Shown piece by piece: positions 14,101 through 27,700 of a DNA stretch of 64,000 nt. Positions within the stretch are counted from its first letter, which is position 1, and each line of letters begins with the position of its first letter. The stretch is from assembly GCA_964016885.1 (NCBI GenBank), contig OZ024744.1, positions 18,352,001 to 18,416,000 on the forward strand, given 5' to 3'. Both the position numbers and the translations under genes were made by a program. The notes under the pieces were generated by a model. It did no database searches. It was given only the letters and a program-made list of their open reading frames with translations, and had not been told where the DNA came from. Source of the DNA: Eledone cirrhosa. Taxonomy: Eukaryota.

Positions 14101-17100
14101 TATGTTTCTGTATGTCTGTGTCACTTTGTATGTCACTGTGTGTTTCTGTATGTATGTGTCACCGTGTATGTCACTGTATCTTTGTGTATGCCTGTGTCAC
14201 TGTGTATGTCACTGTGTGTTTCTGTATGTTTGTGTCACTGTGTATGTCACTAAATGTTTGTGTGTGTCTGTGTCACTGTGTATGTCACTGTATGTTTCTG
14301 TATGTCTCTTTCACTGTGTATATCACTGTGTGTTTCTGTATGTCTGTGTCACTGTATATGTCACTGTATCTTTGTGTATGCCTGTGTCACTGTCTATGTC
14401 ACTGTATGTTTCTGTATGTCTGTTTCACTGTGTATGTCACTGTATATTTGTGTATGTCTGTGTCACTCTGTATATCACTGTGTGTTTCTGTATGTCTGTG
14501 TCACTATGTATGCCACTGTGTATTTGTGTTGTCTGTGTCATTGTGTATGTCACTGGATGTTTCTGTATGTCTGTGTCACTGTGTATGACACTGTGTCTTT
14601 CTGTATGTATGTATCACTGTGTATGTCACTGTGTGTATCTGTATGTCGGTGTCACTGTGTAAGTCATTGTATCTTTGTGTATGTCTGTGGCACTCTGTAT
14701 GTCGTTGTGTGTTTATGTATGTATGTGTCTCTGTGTATGTCACTGTATATTTGTGTATGTATGTGTCACTGTGTATGTCACTGTGAGTTTCTCTATGTCT
14801 GTGTCACTGTGTATGTCACTGTATGTCTCTGTATGTCTGTGTCACTGTCTATGTCACTGTATCTTTGTGTATGTCTGTGTCACTGTGTATGTCACTGTGT
14901 GTTTCTGTATGTCTGTGTCACTGTGTATGTCACAGTTTGTTTCTGTATATATGTGTCTCTGTGTATGTCACTGTAGTTTTGTGTATGTCTGTGTCACTGT
15001 GTGTTTCTGTATGTATGTGTCACTGTGTATGTCACTGTATGTTTCTGTATGTCTGTGTCACTGTGTATGTCACTGTTTGTTTCTGTATGTATGTGTCACT
15101 GTGTATGTCACCGTATGTGTGTGTATGTCTGTGTCACGGTGTATGTCACTGTATCTTAGTGTATGCCTGTGTCACTGTGTATGTCACTGTGAGTTTCTGT
15201 ATGTCTGTGTCTCTGTGTATGTCACTGTATCTTTGTGCATGTATGTGTCACTGTGTATGTCACTGTATGTTTCTGTATGTCTGTGTCACTGTGTATATCA
15301 CTGTGTGTTTCTGTATATCTGTGTCTCTGTGTATGTCACTGTATCTTTGTGTATGTCTGGGTCACTGTGTATGTCACTGTATAGTTGTGTATGTCTGTGA
15401 CACGGTGTATATCACTGTATGTTTGTGTATGTCTGTGTCACTGTGTATGTCACTGTGTGTTTCTGTATGTCTGTGTCACTGTGTATATCAATGTGTGTTT
15501 CTGTATCTCTGTGTCACGGTGTATGTCACTGCATGTTTGTGTATGTCTGTGTGACTGTGTATGTCACTGTGTGTTTCTGTATGGCTGTGTAACTGTGTAT
15601 GTCACTGTATCTTTGTGTATGTCTGTGTCACTGTGTATGTCACAGTGTGTTTCTGTATGTCTGTGTCACTGTCTATGTCACTGTATGTTTCTGAATGTCT
15701 GTGTCACTGTGTATGTCACTGTGTGTTTCTGTATGTCTGTGTCACGGTGTATGTCACTGTATGTTTGTGTGTGACTGTGTCACTGTGTATGTCACTGTGT
15801 GTTTGTGTATGTCTGTGTCACTGTAAGTTTCTGTATGTCTGTGTCACTGTGTATGTCACTGTGTGTTTCTGGATGTCTGTGTCACTGTGTATGTCATTGT
15901 ATCTTTGTGTATGTCTGTGTCACTGTGTATGTCACTGTATGTTTCTGTAAGTTTGTGTCACTGTGTATGTCACTGTGTGTTTCTGTATGGCTGTGTCACT
16001 GTGTATGTCACAGTGTGTTTCTGTATGTCTGTGTCACTGTCTATGTCACTGTATGTTTCTGAATGTCTGTGTCACTGTGTATGTCACTGTGTGTTTGTGT
16101 ATGTCTGTGTCACTGTATGTTTCTGTATGTCTGTGTCACTGTGTATGTCATTGTATCTTTGTGTATGTCTGTGTCACTGTGTATGTCACTGTATGTTTCT
16201 GTAAGTTTGTGTCACTGTGTATGTCACTGTGTGTTTCTGTATGTCTGTGTCTCTGTGTATGTCACTGTATGTTTCTGTATGTCTGTTTCACTGTGTATGT
16301 CACTGTGTCTTTATGTATGTCTGTGTCACTCTCTATGTCACTGTATATTTCTGTATGTCTGTGTCACTGTGTATATCACTGTATGTTTCTGTATGTCTGT
16401 GTCACTGTGTATGTCACTGTGTGTTTCTGTATGGCTGTGTCACTGTGTATGTCACTGTATCTTTGTGTATGTCTGTGTCACTGTGTATGTCACAGTGTGT
16501 TTCTGTATGTCTGTGTCACTGTCTATGTCACTGTATGTTTCTGAATGTCTGTGTCAGTGTGTATGTCACTGTGTGTTTGTGTATGTCTGTGTCACTGTAT
16601 GTTTCTGTATGTCTGTGTCACTGTGTATGTCACTGTGTGTTTCTGTATGTCTGTGTCACTGTGTATGACATTGTATCTTTGTGTATGTCTGTGTCACTGT
16701 GTATGTCACTGTATGTTTCTGTATGTTTGTGTCTCAGTGTATGTCACTGTATGTTTCTGTATGTCTGTTTCACTGTGTATGTCACGGTGTCTTTATGTAT
16801 GTCTGTGTCACTCTGTATGTCACTGTATATTTCTGTATGTCTGTGTCACTGTGTATGTCACTGTATGTTTCTGTATGTCTGTGTCACTGTGTATGTCACT
16901 GTATGCTTCTGTATGTCTGTGTCACTGTGTATGTCACTGTATCTTTGTGTATGTCTGTGTCCCTGTGTATGTCACTGTATGTTTCTGTATGTTTGTGTCA
17001 CTGTGTATGTCACTGTGTGTTTCTGTATGTCTGTGTCACTGTGTATGTCACTGTGTGTTTCTGTATGTTTGTGTCACTGTGTATGTCACTAAATGTTTGT

Positions 17101-18130
17101 GTGTGTCTGTGTCTCTGTGTATGTCACTGTTTGTTTGCGTGTGTCTGTGTCACTGTGTATGTCACTGTGTGTTTCTGTATGTCTGTGTGACTGTCTATGT
17201 CACTGTGTGTTTCTGTATGTTTGTGTCACTGTGTATGTCACTAAATGTTTGTGTGTGTCTGTGTCTCTGTGTATGTCACTGTTTGTTTGCGTGTGTCTGT
17301 GTCACTGTGTATGTCACTGTATGTTTCTGTATGTCTGTGTCACTTTGTATGTCACTGTGTGTTTCTGTATGTATGTGTCACCGTGTATGTCACTGTATCT
17401 TTGTGTATGCCTGTGTCACTGTGTATGTCACTGTGTGTTTCTGTATGTTTGTGTCACTGTGTATGTCACTAAATGTTTGTGTGTGTCTGTGTCACTGTGT
17501 ATGTCACTGTTTGTTTGTGTATGTCTGTGTCACTGTGTGTGTTTCTGTATGTCTGTGTCACTGTGTATGTCACTGTATGTTTCTGTAAGTTTGTGTCACT
17601 GTGTATGTCACTGTGTGTTTCTGTATGTCTGTGTCTCTGTGTATGTCACTGTATGTTTCTGTATGTCTGTTTCACTTTGTATGTCACTGTGTCTTTATGT
17701 ATGTCTGTGTCACTCTGTATGTCACTGTATATTTATGTATGTCTGTGTCACTGTGTATGTCACTGTATGTTTCTGTATGTTTGTGTCAGTGTATGTCACT
17801 GTATGTTTCTGTATGTCTGTTTCACTGTGTATGTCACTGTGTCTTTATGTATGTCTGTGTCACTCTGTATGTCACTGTATATTTCTGTATGTCTGTGTCA
17901 CTGTGTATGTCACTGTATGTTTCTGTATGTCTGTGTCACTGTGTACGTCACTGTGTGTTTCTGTATGTCTGTGTCACTGTATATGTCACTGTATCTTTGT
18001 GTATGCCTATGTCACTGTTTATGTCACTGTATGTTTCTGTATGTCTGTTTCACTGTGTATGTCACTATATATTTGTGTATGTCTGTGTCACTCTGTATGT
18101 CACTGTGTGTTTCTGTATGTCTGTGTCACT
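8135..18130 (+). repeat. Tandem ~5.3-kb segmental duplication (about 8135-13466 and 13467-18130)
   Basis: Offset 5332 for 8542/13874, 8922/14254, 9343/14675, 10229/15561, 10731/16063. The offset then becomes 5294 (one monomer fewer) for 11799/17093 and 12307/17601. Shared rare variants: CTGGATGTTT, ATAGTTG, GGCTGTGTAAC. Confidence 0.9.
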
Positions 18131-21100
18131 GTCTATGTCACTGTATGTTTCTGAATGTCTGTGTCACTGTGTATGTCACTGTGTGTTTCTGTATGTCTGT
18201 GTCAGGTGTATGTCACTGTATGTTTGTGTGTGACTGTGTCACTGTGTATGTCACTGTGTGTTTGTGTATGTCTGTGTCACTGTAAGTTTCTGTATGTCTG
18301 TGTCACTGTGTATGTCACTGTGTGTTTCTGGATGTCTGTGTCACTGTGTATGTCATTGTATCTTTGTGTATGTCTGTGTCACTGTGTATGTCACTGTATG
18401 TTTCTGTAAGTTTGTGTCACTGTGTATGTCACTGTGTGTTTCTGTATGGCTGTGTCACATGTATGTCACAGTGTGTTTCTGTATGTCTGTGTCACTGTCT
18501 ATGTCACTGTATGTTTCTGAATGTCTGTGTCACTGTGTATGTCACTGTGTGTTTGTGTATGTCTGTGTCACTGTATGTTTCTGTATGTCTGTGTCACTGT
18601 GTATGTCATTGTATCTTTGTGTATGTCTGCGTCACTGTGTATGTCACTGTATGTTTCTGTAAGTTTGTGTCACTGTGTATGTCACTGTGAGTTTCTGTAT
18701 GTCTGTGTCTCTGTGTATGTCACTGTATGTTTCTGTATGTCTGTTTCACTGTGTATGTCACTGTGTCTTTATGTATGTCTGTGTCACTCTCTATGTCACT
18801 GTATATTTCTGTATGTCTGTGTCACTGTGTATATCACTGTATGTTTCTGTATGTCTGTGTCACTGTGTATGTCACTGTGTGTTTCTGTATGGCTGTGTCA
18901 CTGTGTATGTCACTGTATCTTTGTGTATGTCTGTGTCACTGTGTATGTCACAGTGTGTTTCTGTATGTCTGTGTCACTGTCTATGTCACTGTATGTTTCT
19001 GAATGTCTGTGTCAGTGTGTATGTCACTGTGTGTTTGTGTATGTCTGTGTCACTGTATGTTTCTGTATGTCTGTGTCACTGTGTATGTCACTGTGTGTTT
19101 CTGTATGTCTGTGTCACTGTGTATGACATTGTATCTTTGTGTATGTCTGTGTCACTGTGTATGTCACTGTATGTTTCTGTATGTTTGTGTCACTGTGTAT
19201 GTCACTGTGTGTTTCTGTATGTTTGTGTCTCAGTGTATGTCACTGTATGTTTCTGTATGTCTGTTTCACTGTGTATGTCACGGTGTCTTTATGTATGTCT
19301 GTGTCACTCTGTATGTCACTGTATATTTCTGTATGTCTGTGTCACTGTGTATGTCACTGTATGTTTCTGTATGTCTGTGTCACTGTGTATGTCACTGTAT
19401 GCTTCTGTATGTCTGTGTCACTGTGTATGTCACTGTATCTTTGTGTATGTCTGTGTCCCTGTGTATGTCACTGTATGTTTCTGTATGTTTGTGTCACTGT
19501 GTATGTCACTGTGTGTTTCTGTATGTCTGTGTCACTGTGTATGTCACTGTGTGTTTCTGTATGTTTGTGTCACTGTGTATGTCACTAAATGTTTGTGTGT
19601 GTCTGTGTCTCTGTGTATGTCACTGTTTGTTTGCGTGTGTCTGTGTCACTGTGTATGTCACTGTGTGTTTCTGTATGTCTGTGTGACTGTCTATGTCACT
19701 GTGTGTTTCTGTATGTTTGTGTCACTGTGTATGTCACTAAATGTTTGTGTGTGTCTGTGTCTCTGTGTATGTCACTGTTTGTTTGCGTGTGTCTGTGTCA
19801 CTGTGTATGTCACTGTATGTTTCTGTATGTCTGTGTCACTTTGTATGTCACTGTGTGTTTCTGTATGTATGTGTCACCGTGTATGTCACTGTATCTTTGT
19901 GTATGCCTGTGTCACTGTGTATGTCACTGTGTGTTTCTGTATGTTTGTGTCACTGTGTATGTCACTAAATGTTTGTGTGTGTCTGTGTCACTGTGTATGT
20001 CACTGTTTGTTTGTGTATGTCTGTGTCACTGTGTGTGTTTCTGTATGTCTGTGTCACTGTGTATGTCACTGTATGTTTCTGTAAGTTTGTGTCACTGTGT
20101 ATGTCACTGTGTGTTTCTGTATGTCTGTGTCTCTGTGTATGTCACTGTATGTTTCTGTATGTCTGTTTCACTTTGTATGTCACTGTGTCTTTATGTATGT
20201 CTGTGTCACTCTGTATGTCACTGTATATTTCTGTATGTCTGTGTCACTGTGTATGTCACTGTATGTTTCTGTATGTTTGTGTCAGTGTATGTCACTGTAT
20301 GTTTCTGTATGTCTGTTTCACTGTGTATGTCACTGTGTCTTTATGTATGTCTGTGTCACTCTGTATGTCACTGTATATTTCTGTATGTCTGTGTCACTGT
20401 GTATGTCACTGTATGTTTCTGTATGTCTGTGTCACTGTGTACGTCACTGTGTGTTTCTGTATGTCTGTGTCACTGTATATGTCACTGTATCTTTGTGTAT
20501 GCCTATGTCACTGTTTATGTCACTGTATGTTTCTGTATGTCTGTTTCACTGTGTATGTCACTATATATTTGTGTATGTCTGTGTCACTCTGTATGTCACT
20601 GTGTGTTTCTGTATGTCTGTGTCACTATGTATGTCACTGTATGTTTGTGTTATCTGTGTCATTGTGTATGTCACTGGGTGTTTCTGTATGCCTGTGTCAC
20701 TGTATGACACTGTGTGTTTCTGTATGTATGTATCACTGTGTATGTCACTGTGTGTTTCTGTATGTCTGTGTCACTATGTAAGTCATTGTATCTTTGTGTA
20801 TGTCTGTGTCACTCTGTATGTCGTTGTGTGTTTCTGTATGTATGTGTCTCTGTGTGTGTCACTGTATATTTGTGTATGTATGTGTCACTGTGTATGTCAC
20901 TGTGAGTTTATGTATGTCTGTGTCACTGTGTATGTCACTGTATGTCTATGTATATCTGTGTCACTGTCTATGTCACTGTATCTTTGTGTATGTCTGTATC
21001 ACTGTGTATGTCACTGTGTGTTTATGTATGTCTGTGTCTCTGTGTATGTCACTGTATCTTTGCGTATGTCTGCGTCACTGTGTATGTCACTGTGTATGTC

Positions 21101-21270
21101 ACTGTGTGTTTCTGTATGTCTGTGTCACTGTGTATGTCACTGTATCTTTGTGTATGTCTATGCCACTGTGTATGTCACTGTATGTTTCTGTATGTATGTT
21201 TCACTGTGTATGTCACTAAATGTTTGTGTGTGTCTGTGTCTCTGTGTATGTCACTGTGTGTTTGCGTGTG
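18130..21270 (+). repeat. Further copy of ~10340-13470 (offset ~7790)
   Basis: ORF pairs 10885/18675, 11213/19003, 11799/19589, 12924/20714 and 13004/20794 are all offset by 7790. Confidence 0.85.
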
Positions 21271-22329
21271 TCTGTGCCACTGTGTATGTCACTGTGTGTT
21301 TCTGTATGTCTGTGTGTCTGTGTGACTGTGTATGTCACTGTTTCTTTGTGTATGTCTGTGTCACTGTGTGTGTTTCTGTATGTCTGTGTCACTATGTATG
21401 TCATTGCATCTTTGTGTATGTCTGTGTCACTCTGTATGTCACTGTGTGTTTCTGTATGTCTGTGTCACTGTGTACGTCACTGTGTGTTTCTGTATGTCTG
21501 TGTCACTGTATATGTCACTGTATCTTTGTGTATGCCTGTGTCACTGTCTATGTCACTGTATGTTTCTGTATGTCTGTTTCACTGTGTATGTCACTGTATA
21601 TTTGTTTATGTCTGTGTCACTCTGTATGTCACTGTGTGTTTCTGTATGTCTGTGTCACTATGTATGCCACTGTATGTTTGTGTTGTCTGTGTCATTGTGT
21701 ATGTCACTTGGTGTTTCTGTATGTCTGTGTCACTGTGTATGACACTGTGTCTTTCTGTATGTATGTATCACTGTGTATGTCACTGTGTGTATCTGTATGT
21801 CTGTGTCACTGTGTAAGTCATTGTATCTTTGTGTATGTCTGTGGCACTCTATATGTCGTTGTGTGTTTCTGTATGTATGTGTCTCTGTGTATGTCACTGT
21901 ATATTTGTGTATGTATGTGTCACTGTGTATGTCACTGTGAGTTTCTCTATGTCTGTGTCACTGTGTATGTCACTGTATGTCTCTGTATGTCTGTGTCACT
22001 GTCTATGTCACTGTATTTTTGTGTATGTCTGTGTCACTGTGTATGTCACAGTGTGTTTATGTATTTCTGTGTCTCTGTGTATGCCACTGTATCTTTGTGT
22101 ATGTCTGCGTCACTGTGTATGTCAGTGTGTGTTTCTGTATGTCTGTGTCACTGTGTATGTCACAATGTGTTTCTGTATATATGTGTCTCTGTGTATGTCA
22201 CTGTATCTTTGTGTGTGTCTGTGTCACTGTATGTTTCTGTATGTCTGTGTCACTGTGTATGTCACCGTATGTGTGTGTATGTCTGTGTCACGGTGTATGT
22301 CACTGTATCTTTGTGTATGCCTGTGTCAC

Positions 22330-22625
22330 TGTGTATGTCACTGTGTGTTTCTGTATGTCTGTGTCACTGTGTATGTCACTGTATGTTTGTGTGTCTGTGT
22401 CACTGTGTATGTCAATGTCTCTGTGTGTTTCTGTATGTCTGTGTCTCTGTGTATGTCACTGTATCTTTGTGTATGTATGTGTCACTGTGTATGTCACTCT
22501 GTGTTTCTGTATGTCTGTGTCACTGTGTATGTCACTGTATGTTTGTGTGTCTGTGTCACTGTGTATGTCAATGTCTCTGTGTGTTTCTGTATGTCTGTGT
22601 CTCTGTGTATGTCACTGTATCTTTG
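22330..22625 (+). repeat. Local 156-bp tandem duplication (36+44+38+38-bp monomers)
   Basis: The variant GTCAATGTCTCTGTGTG occurs at 22411 and 22567 and was not seen elsewhere. Confidence 0.85.
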
Positions 22626-23199
22626 TGTATGTTTGGGTCACTGTGTATGTCACTGTATATTTGTGTATGTCTGTGTCACGGTGTATATCACTGTATGTTT
22701 TTGTATGTCTGTGTCACTGTGTATGTCACTGTATGTTTCTGTATGTCTGTGTCACTGTGTATATCAATGTGTGTTTCTGTATCTCTGTGTCACGGTGTAT
22801 GTCACTGCATGTTCGTGTATGTCTGTGTGACTGTGTATGTCACTGTGTGTTTCTGTATGGCTGTGTCACTGTGTATGTCACTGTATCTTTGTGTATGTCT
22901 GTGTCACTGTGTATGTCACAGTGTGTTTCTGTATGTCTGTGTCACTGTCTATGTCACTGTATGTTTCTGAATGTCTGTGTCACTGTGTATGTCACTGTGT
23001 GTTTCTGTATGTCTGTGTCACGGTGTATGTCACTGTATGTTTGTGTGTGACCGTGTCACTGTGTATGTCACTGTGTGTTTGTGTATGTCTGTGCCACTGT
23101 ATGTTTCTGTATGTCTGTGTCACTGTGTATGTCACTGTGTGTTTCTGTATGTCTGTGTCACTGTGTATGTCATTGTATCTTTGTGTATGTCTGTGTCAC

Positions 23200-23745
23200 T
23201 GTGTATGTCACTGTATGTTTCTGTAAGTTTGTGTCACTGTGTATGTCACTGTGTGTTTCTGTATGTCTGTGTCTCTGTGTATGTCACTGTATGTTTATGT
23301 ATGTCTGTGTCACTGTGTATGTCACTGTATGTTTCTGTATGTCTGTGTCACTGTGTATGTCACTGTATGTTTCTTTATGTCTGTGTCACTGTGTATGTCA
23401 CTGTATGTTTCTGTATGTCTGTGTCACTGTGTATGTCACTGTATCTTTGTGTATGTCTGTGTCCCTGTGTATGTCACTGTATGTTTCTGTAAGTTTGTGT
23501 CACTGTGTATGTCACTGTGTGTTTCTGTATGTCTGTGTCTCTGTGTATGTCACTGTATGTTTATGTATGTCTGTGTCACTGTGTATGTCACTGTATGTTT
23601 CTGTATGTCTGTGTCACTGTGTATGTCACTGTATGTTTCTTTATGTCTGTGTCACTGTGTATGTCACTGTATGTTTCTGTATGTCTGTGTCACTGTGTAT
23701 GTCACTGTATCTTTGTGTATGTCTGTGTCCCTGTGTATGTCACTG
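23200..23745 (+). repeat. Local 266-bp (7-monomer) tandem duplication
   Basis: ORFs at 23239 and 23505 share their start sequence. The variants TTCTTTATG and GTCCCTG repeat at +266. Confidence 0.85.
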
Positions 23746-24714
23746 TGTGTTTCTGTATGTCTGTGTCTCTGTGTATGTCACTGTATGTTTCTGTATGTCT
23801 GTTTCACTGTGTATGTCACTGTGTCTTTATGTATGTCTGTGTCACTCTGTATGTCACTGTATATTTCTGTATGTCTGTGTCACTGTGTATATCACTGTAT
23901 GTTTCTGTATGTCTGTGTCACTGTGTATGTCACTGTGTGTTTCTGTATGACTGTGTCACTGTGTATGTCACTGTATCTTTGTGTATGTCTGTGTCACTGT
24001 GTATGTCACAGTGTGTTTCTGTATGTCTGTGTCACTGTCTATGTCACTGTATGTTTCTGAATGTCTGTGTCAGTGTGTATGTCACTGTGTGTTTGTGTAT
24101 GTCTGTGTCACTGTATGTTTCTGTATGTCTGTGTCACTGTGTATGTCACTGTGTGTTTCTGTATGTCTGTGTCACTGTGTATGTCACTGTGTGTTTCTGT
24201 ATGTTTGTGTCACTGTGTATGTCACTAAATGTTTGTGTGTGTCTGTGTCTCTGTGTATGTCACTGTTTGTTTGCGTGTGTCTGTGTCACTGTGTATGTCA
24301 CTGTGCGTTTCTGTATGTCTTTGTGACTGTCTATGTCACTGTGTGTTTCTGTATGTTTGTGTCACTGTGTATGTCACTAAATGTTTGTGTGTGTCTGTGT
24401 CTCTGTGTATGTCACTGTTTGTTTGCGTTTGTCTGTGTCACTGTGTATGTCACTGTATGTTTCTGTATGTCTGTGTCACTTTGTATGTCACTGTGTGTTT
24501 CTGTATGTATGTGTCACCGTGTATGTCACTGTATCTTTGTGTATGCCTGTGTCACTGTGTATGTCACTGTGTGTTTCTGTATGTTTGTGTCACTGTGTAT
24601 GTCACTAAATGTTTGTGTGTGTCTGTGTCACTGTGTATGTCACTGTGTGTTTCTGTATGTCTGTGTGACTGTGTATGTCACTGTTTGTTTGTGTATGTCT
24701 GTGTCACTGTGTGT

Positions 24715-27700
24715 GTTTCTGTATGTCTGTGTCACTGTGTATGTCATTGCATATTTGTGTATGTCTGTCTCACTGTGTATGTCACTGTGTGTTTCTGCAT
24801 GTCTGTGTCACTGTGTATGTCACTGTGTGTTTCTGTATGTCTGTGTCACTGTGTATATCACTGTATGTTTCTGTATGTCTCTTTCACTGTGTATATCACT
24901 GTGTGTTTCTGTATGTCTGTGTCACTGTATATGTCACTGTATCTTTGTGTATGCCTGTGTCACTGTCTATGTCACTGTATGTTTCTGTATGTCTGTTTCA
25001 CTGTGTATGTCACTGTATATTTGTGTATGTCTGTGTCACTCTGTATGTCACTGTGTGTTTCTGTATGTCTGTGTCACTATGTATGCCACTGTATATTTGT
25101 GCTGTCTGTGTCATTGTGTATGTCACTGGGTGTTTATGTATGTCTGTGTCACTGTGTATGACACTGTGTCTTTCTGTATGTATGTATCACTGTGTATGTC
25201 ACTGTGTGTATCTGTATGTCGGTGTCACTGTGTAAGTCATTGTATCTTTGTGTATGTCTGTGGCACTCTGTATGTTGTTGTGTGTTTCTGTATGTATGTG
25301 TCTCTGTGTATGTCACTGTATATTTGTGTATGTATGTGTCACTGTGTATGTCACTGTGAGTTTCTCTATGTCTGTGTCACTGTGTATGTCACTGTATGTC
25401 TCTGTATGTCTGTGTCACTGTCTATGTCACTGTATCTTTGTGTATGTCTGTGTCACTGTGTATGTCACTGTGTGTTTATGTATGTCTGTGTCACTGTGTA
25501 TGTCACAGTTTGTTTCTGTATATATGTGTCTCTGTGAATGTCACTGTAGTTTTGTGTATGTCTGTGTCACTGTGTGTTTCTGTATGTCTGTGTCACTGTG
25601 TATGTCACTGTATGTTTCTGTATGTCTGTGTCACTGTGTATGTCACTGTTTGTTTCTGTATGTATGTGTCACTGTGTATGTCACCGTGTGTGTGTGTATG
25701 TCTGTGTCACGGTGTATGTCACTGTATCTTAGTGTATGCCTGTGTCACTGTGTATGTCACTGTGAGTTTCTGTATGTCTGTGTCTCTGTGTATGTCACTG
25801 TATCTTTGTGCATGTATGTGTCACTGTGTATGTCACTGTATGTTTCTGTATGTCTGTGTCACTGTGTATATCACTGTGTGTTTCTGTATATCTGTGTCTC
25901 TGTGTATGTCACTGTATCTTTGTGTATGTCTGGGTCACTGTGTATGTCACTGTATATTTGTGTATGTCTGTGTCACGGTGTATATCACTGTATGTTTGTG
26001 TATGTCTGTGTCACTGTGTATGTCACTGTGTGTTTCTGTATGTCTGTGTCACTGTGTATATCAATGTGTGTTTCTGTATCTCTGTGTCACGGTGTATGTC
26101 ACTGCATGTTTGTGTATGTCTGTGTGACTGTGTATGTCACTGTGTGTTTCTGTATGGCTGTGTCACTGTGTATGTCACTGTATCTTTGTGTATGTCTGTG
26201 TCACTGTGTATGTCACAGTGTGTTTCTGTATGTCTGTGTCACTGTATATGTCACTGTATGTTTCTGAATGTCTGTGTCACTGTGTATGTCACTGTGTGTT
26301 TCTGTATGTCTGTGTCACGGTGTATGTCACTGTATGTTTGTGTGTGACTCTGTCACTGTGTGTTTGTGTATGTCTGTGTCACTGTAAGTTTCTGTATGTC
26401 TGTGTCACTGTGTATGTCACTGTGTGTTTCTGGATGTCTGTGTCACTGTGTATGTCATTGTATCTTTGTGTATGTCTGTGTCACTGTGTATGTCACTGTA
26501 TGTTTCTGTAAGTTTGTGTCACTGTGTATGTCAGTCACTGTGTGTTTCTGTATGTCTGTGTCTCTGTGTATGTCACTGTATGTTTCTGTATGTCTGTTTC
26601 ACTGTGTATGTCACTGTGTCTTTATGTATGTCTGTGTCACTCTGTATGTCACTGTATATTTCTGTATGTCTGTGTCACTGTGTATATCACTGTATCTTTC
26701 TGTATGTCTGTGTCACTGTGTATGTCACAGTGTGTTTGTGTATGTCTGTGTCACTGTCTATGTCACTGTATGTTTCTGAATGTCTGTGTCACTGTGTATG
26801 TCACTGTGTGTTTGTGTATGTCTGTGTCACTGTATGTTTATGTATGTCTGTGTCACTGTGTATGTCACTGTATGCTTCTGTATGTCTGTGTCACTGTGTA
26901 AGTCATTGTATCTTTGTGTATGTCACTGTATGTTTCTGTATGTTTGTGTCACTGTGTATGTCACTGTGTGTTTCTGTATGTCTGTGTCACTGTGTATGTC
27001 ACTGTGTGTTTCTGTATGTTTGTGTCACTGTGTATGTCACTAAATGTTTGTGTGTGTCTGTGTCTCTGTGTATGTCACTGTTTGTTTGCGTGTGTCTGTG
27101 TCACTGTGTATGTCACTGTGTGTTTCTGTATGTCTGTGTGACTGTCTATGTCACTGTGTGTTTCTGTATGTTTGTGTCACTGTGTATGTCACTAAATGTT
27201 TGTGTGTGTCTGTGTCTCTGTGTATGTCACTGTTTGTTTGCGTGTGTCTGTGTCACTGTGTATGTCACTGTATGTTTCTGTATGTCTGTGTCACTTTGTA
27301 TGTCACTGTGTGTTTCTGTATGTATGTGTCACCGTGTATGTCACTGTATCTTTGTGTATGCCTGTGTCACTGTGTATGTCACTGTGTGTTTCTGTATGTC
27401 TGTGTCACTGTGTATGTCACTGTGTGTTTCTGTATGTCTGTGTGACTGTGTATGTCACTGTTTGTTTGTGTATGTCTGTGTCACTGTGTGTGTTTCTGTA
27501 TGTATGTGTCACTGTGTATGTCATTGCATCTTTGTGTATGTCTGTCTCACTGTGTATGTCACTGTGTGTTTCTGCATGTCTGTGTCACTGTGTATGTCAC
27601 TGTGTGTTTCTGTATGTCTGTGTCACTGTGTATCTCACTGTATGTTTCTGTATGTCTCTTTCACTGTGTATGTCACTGTATATTTGTGTATGTCTGTGTC

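Noticed and set aside
21216-21404. Single minus-strand ORF of 62 aa
   Set aside because: It results from chance local loss of the TGA in GTGAC and is pure satellite translation.
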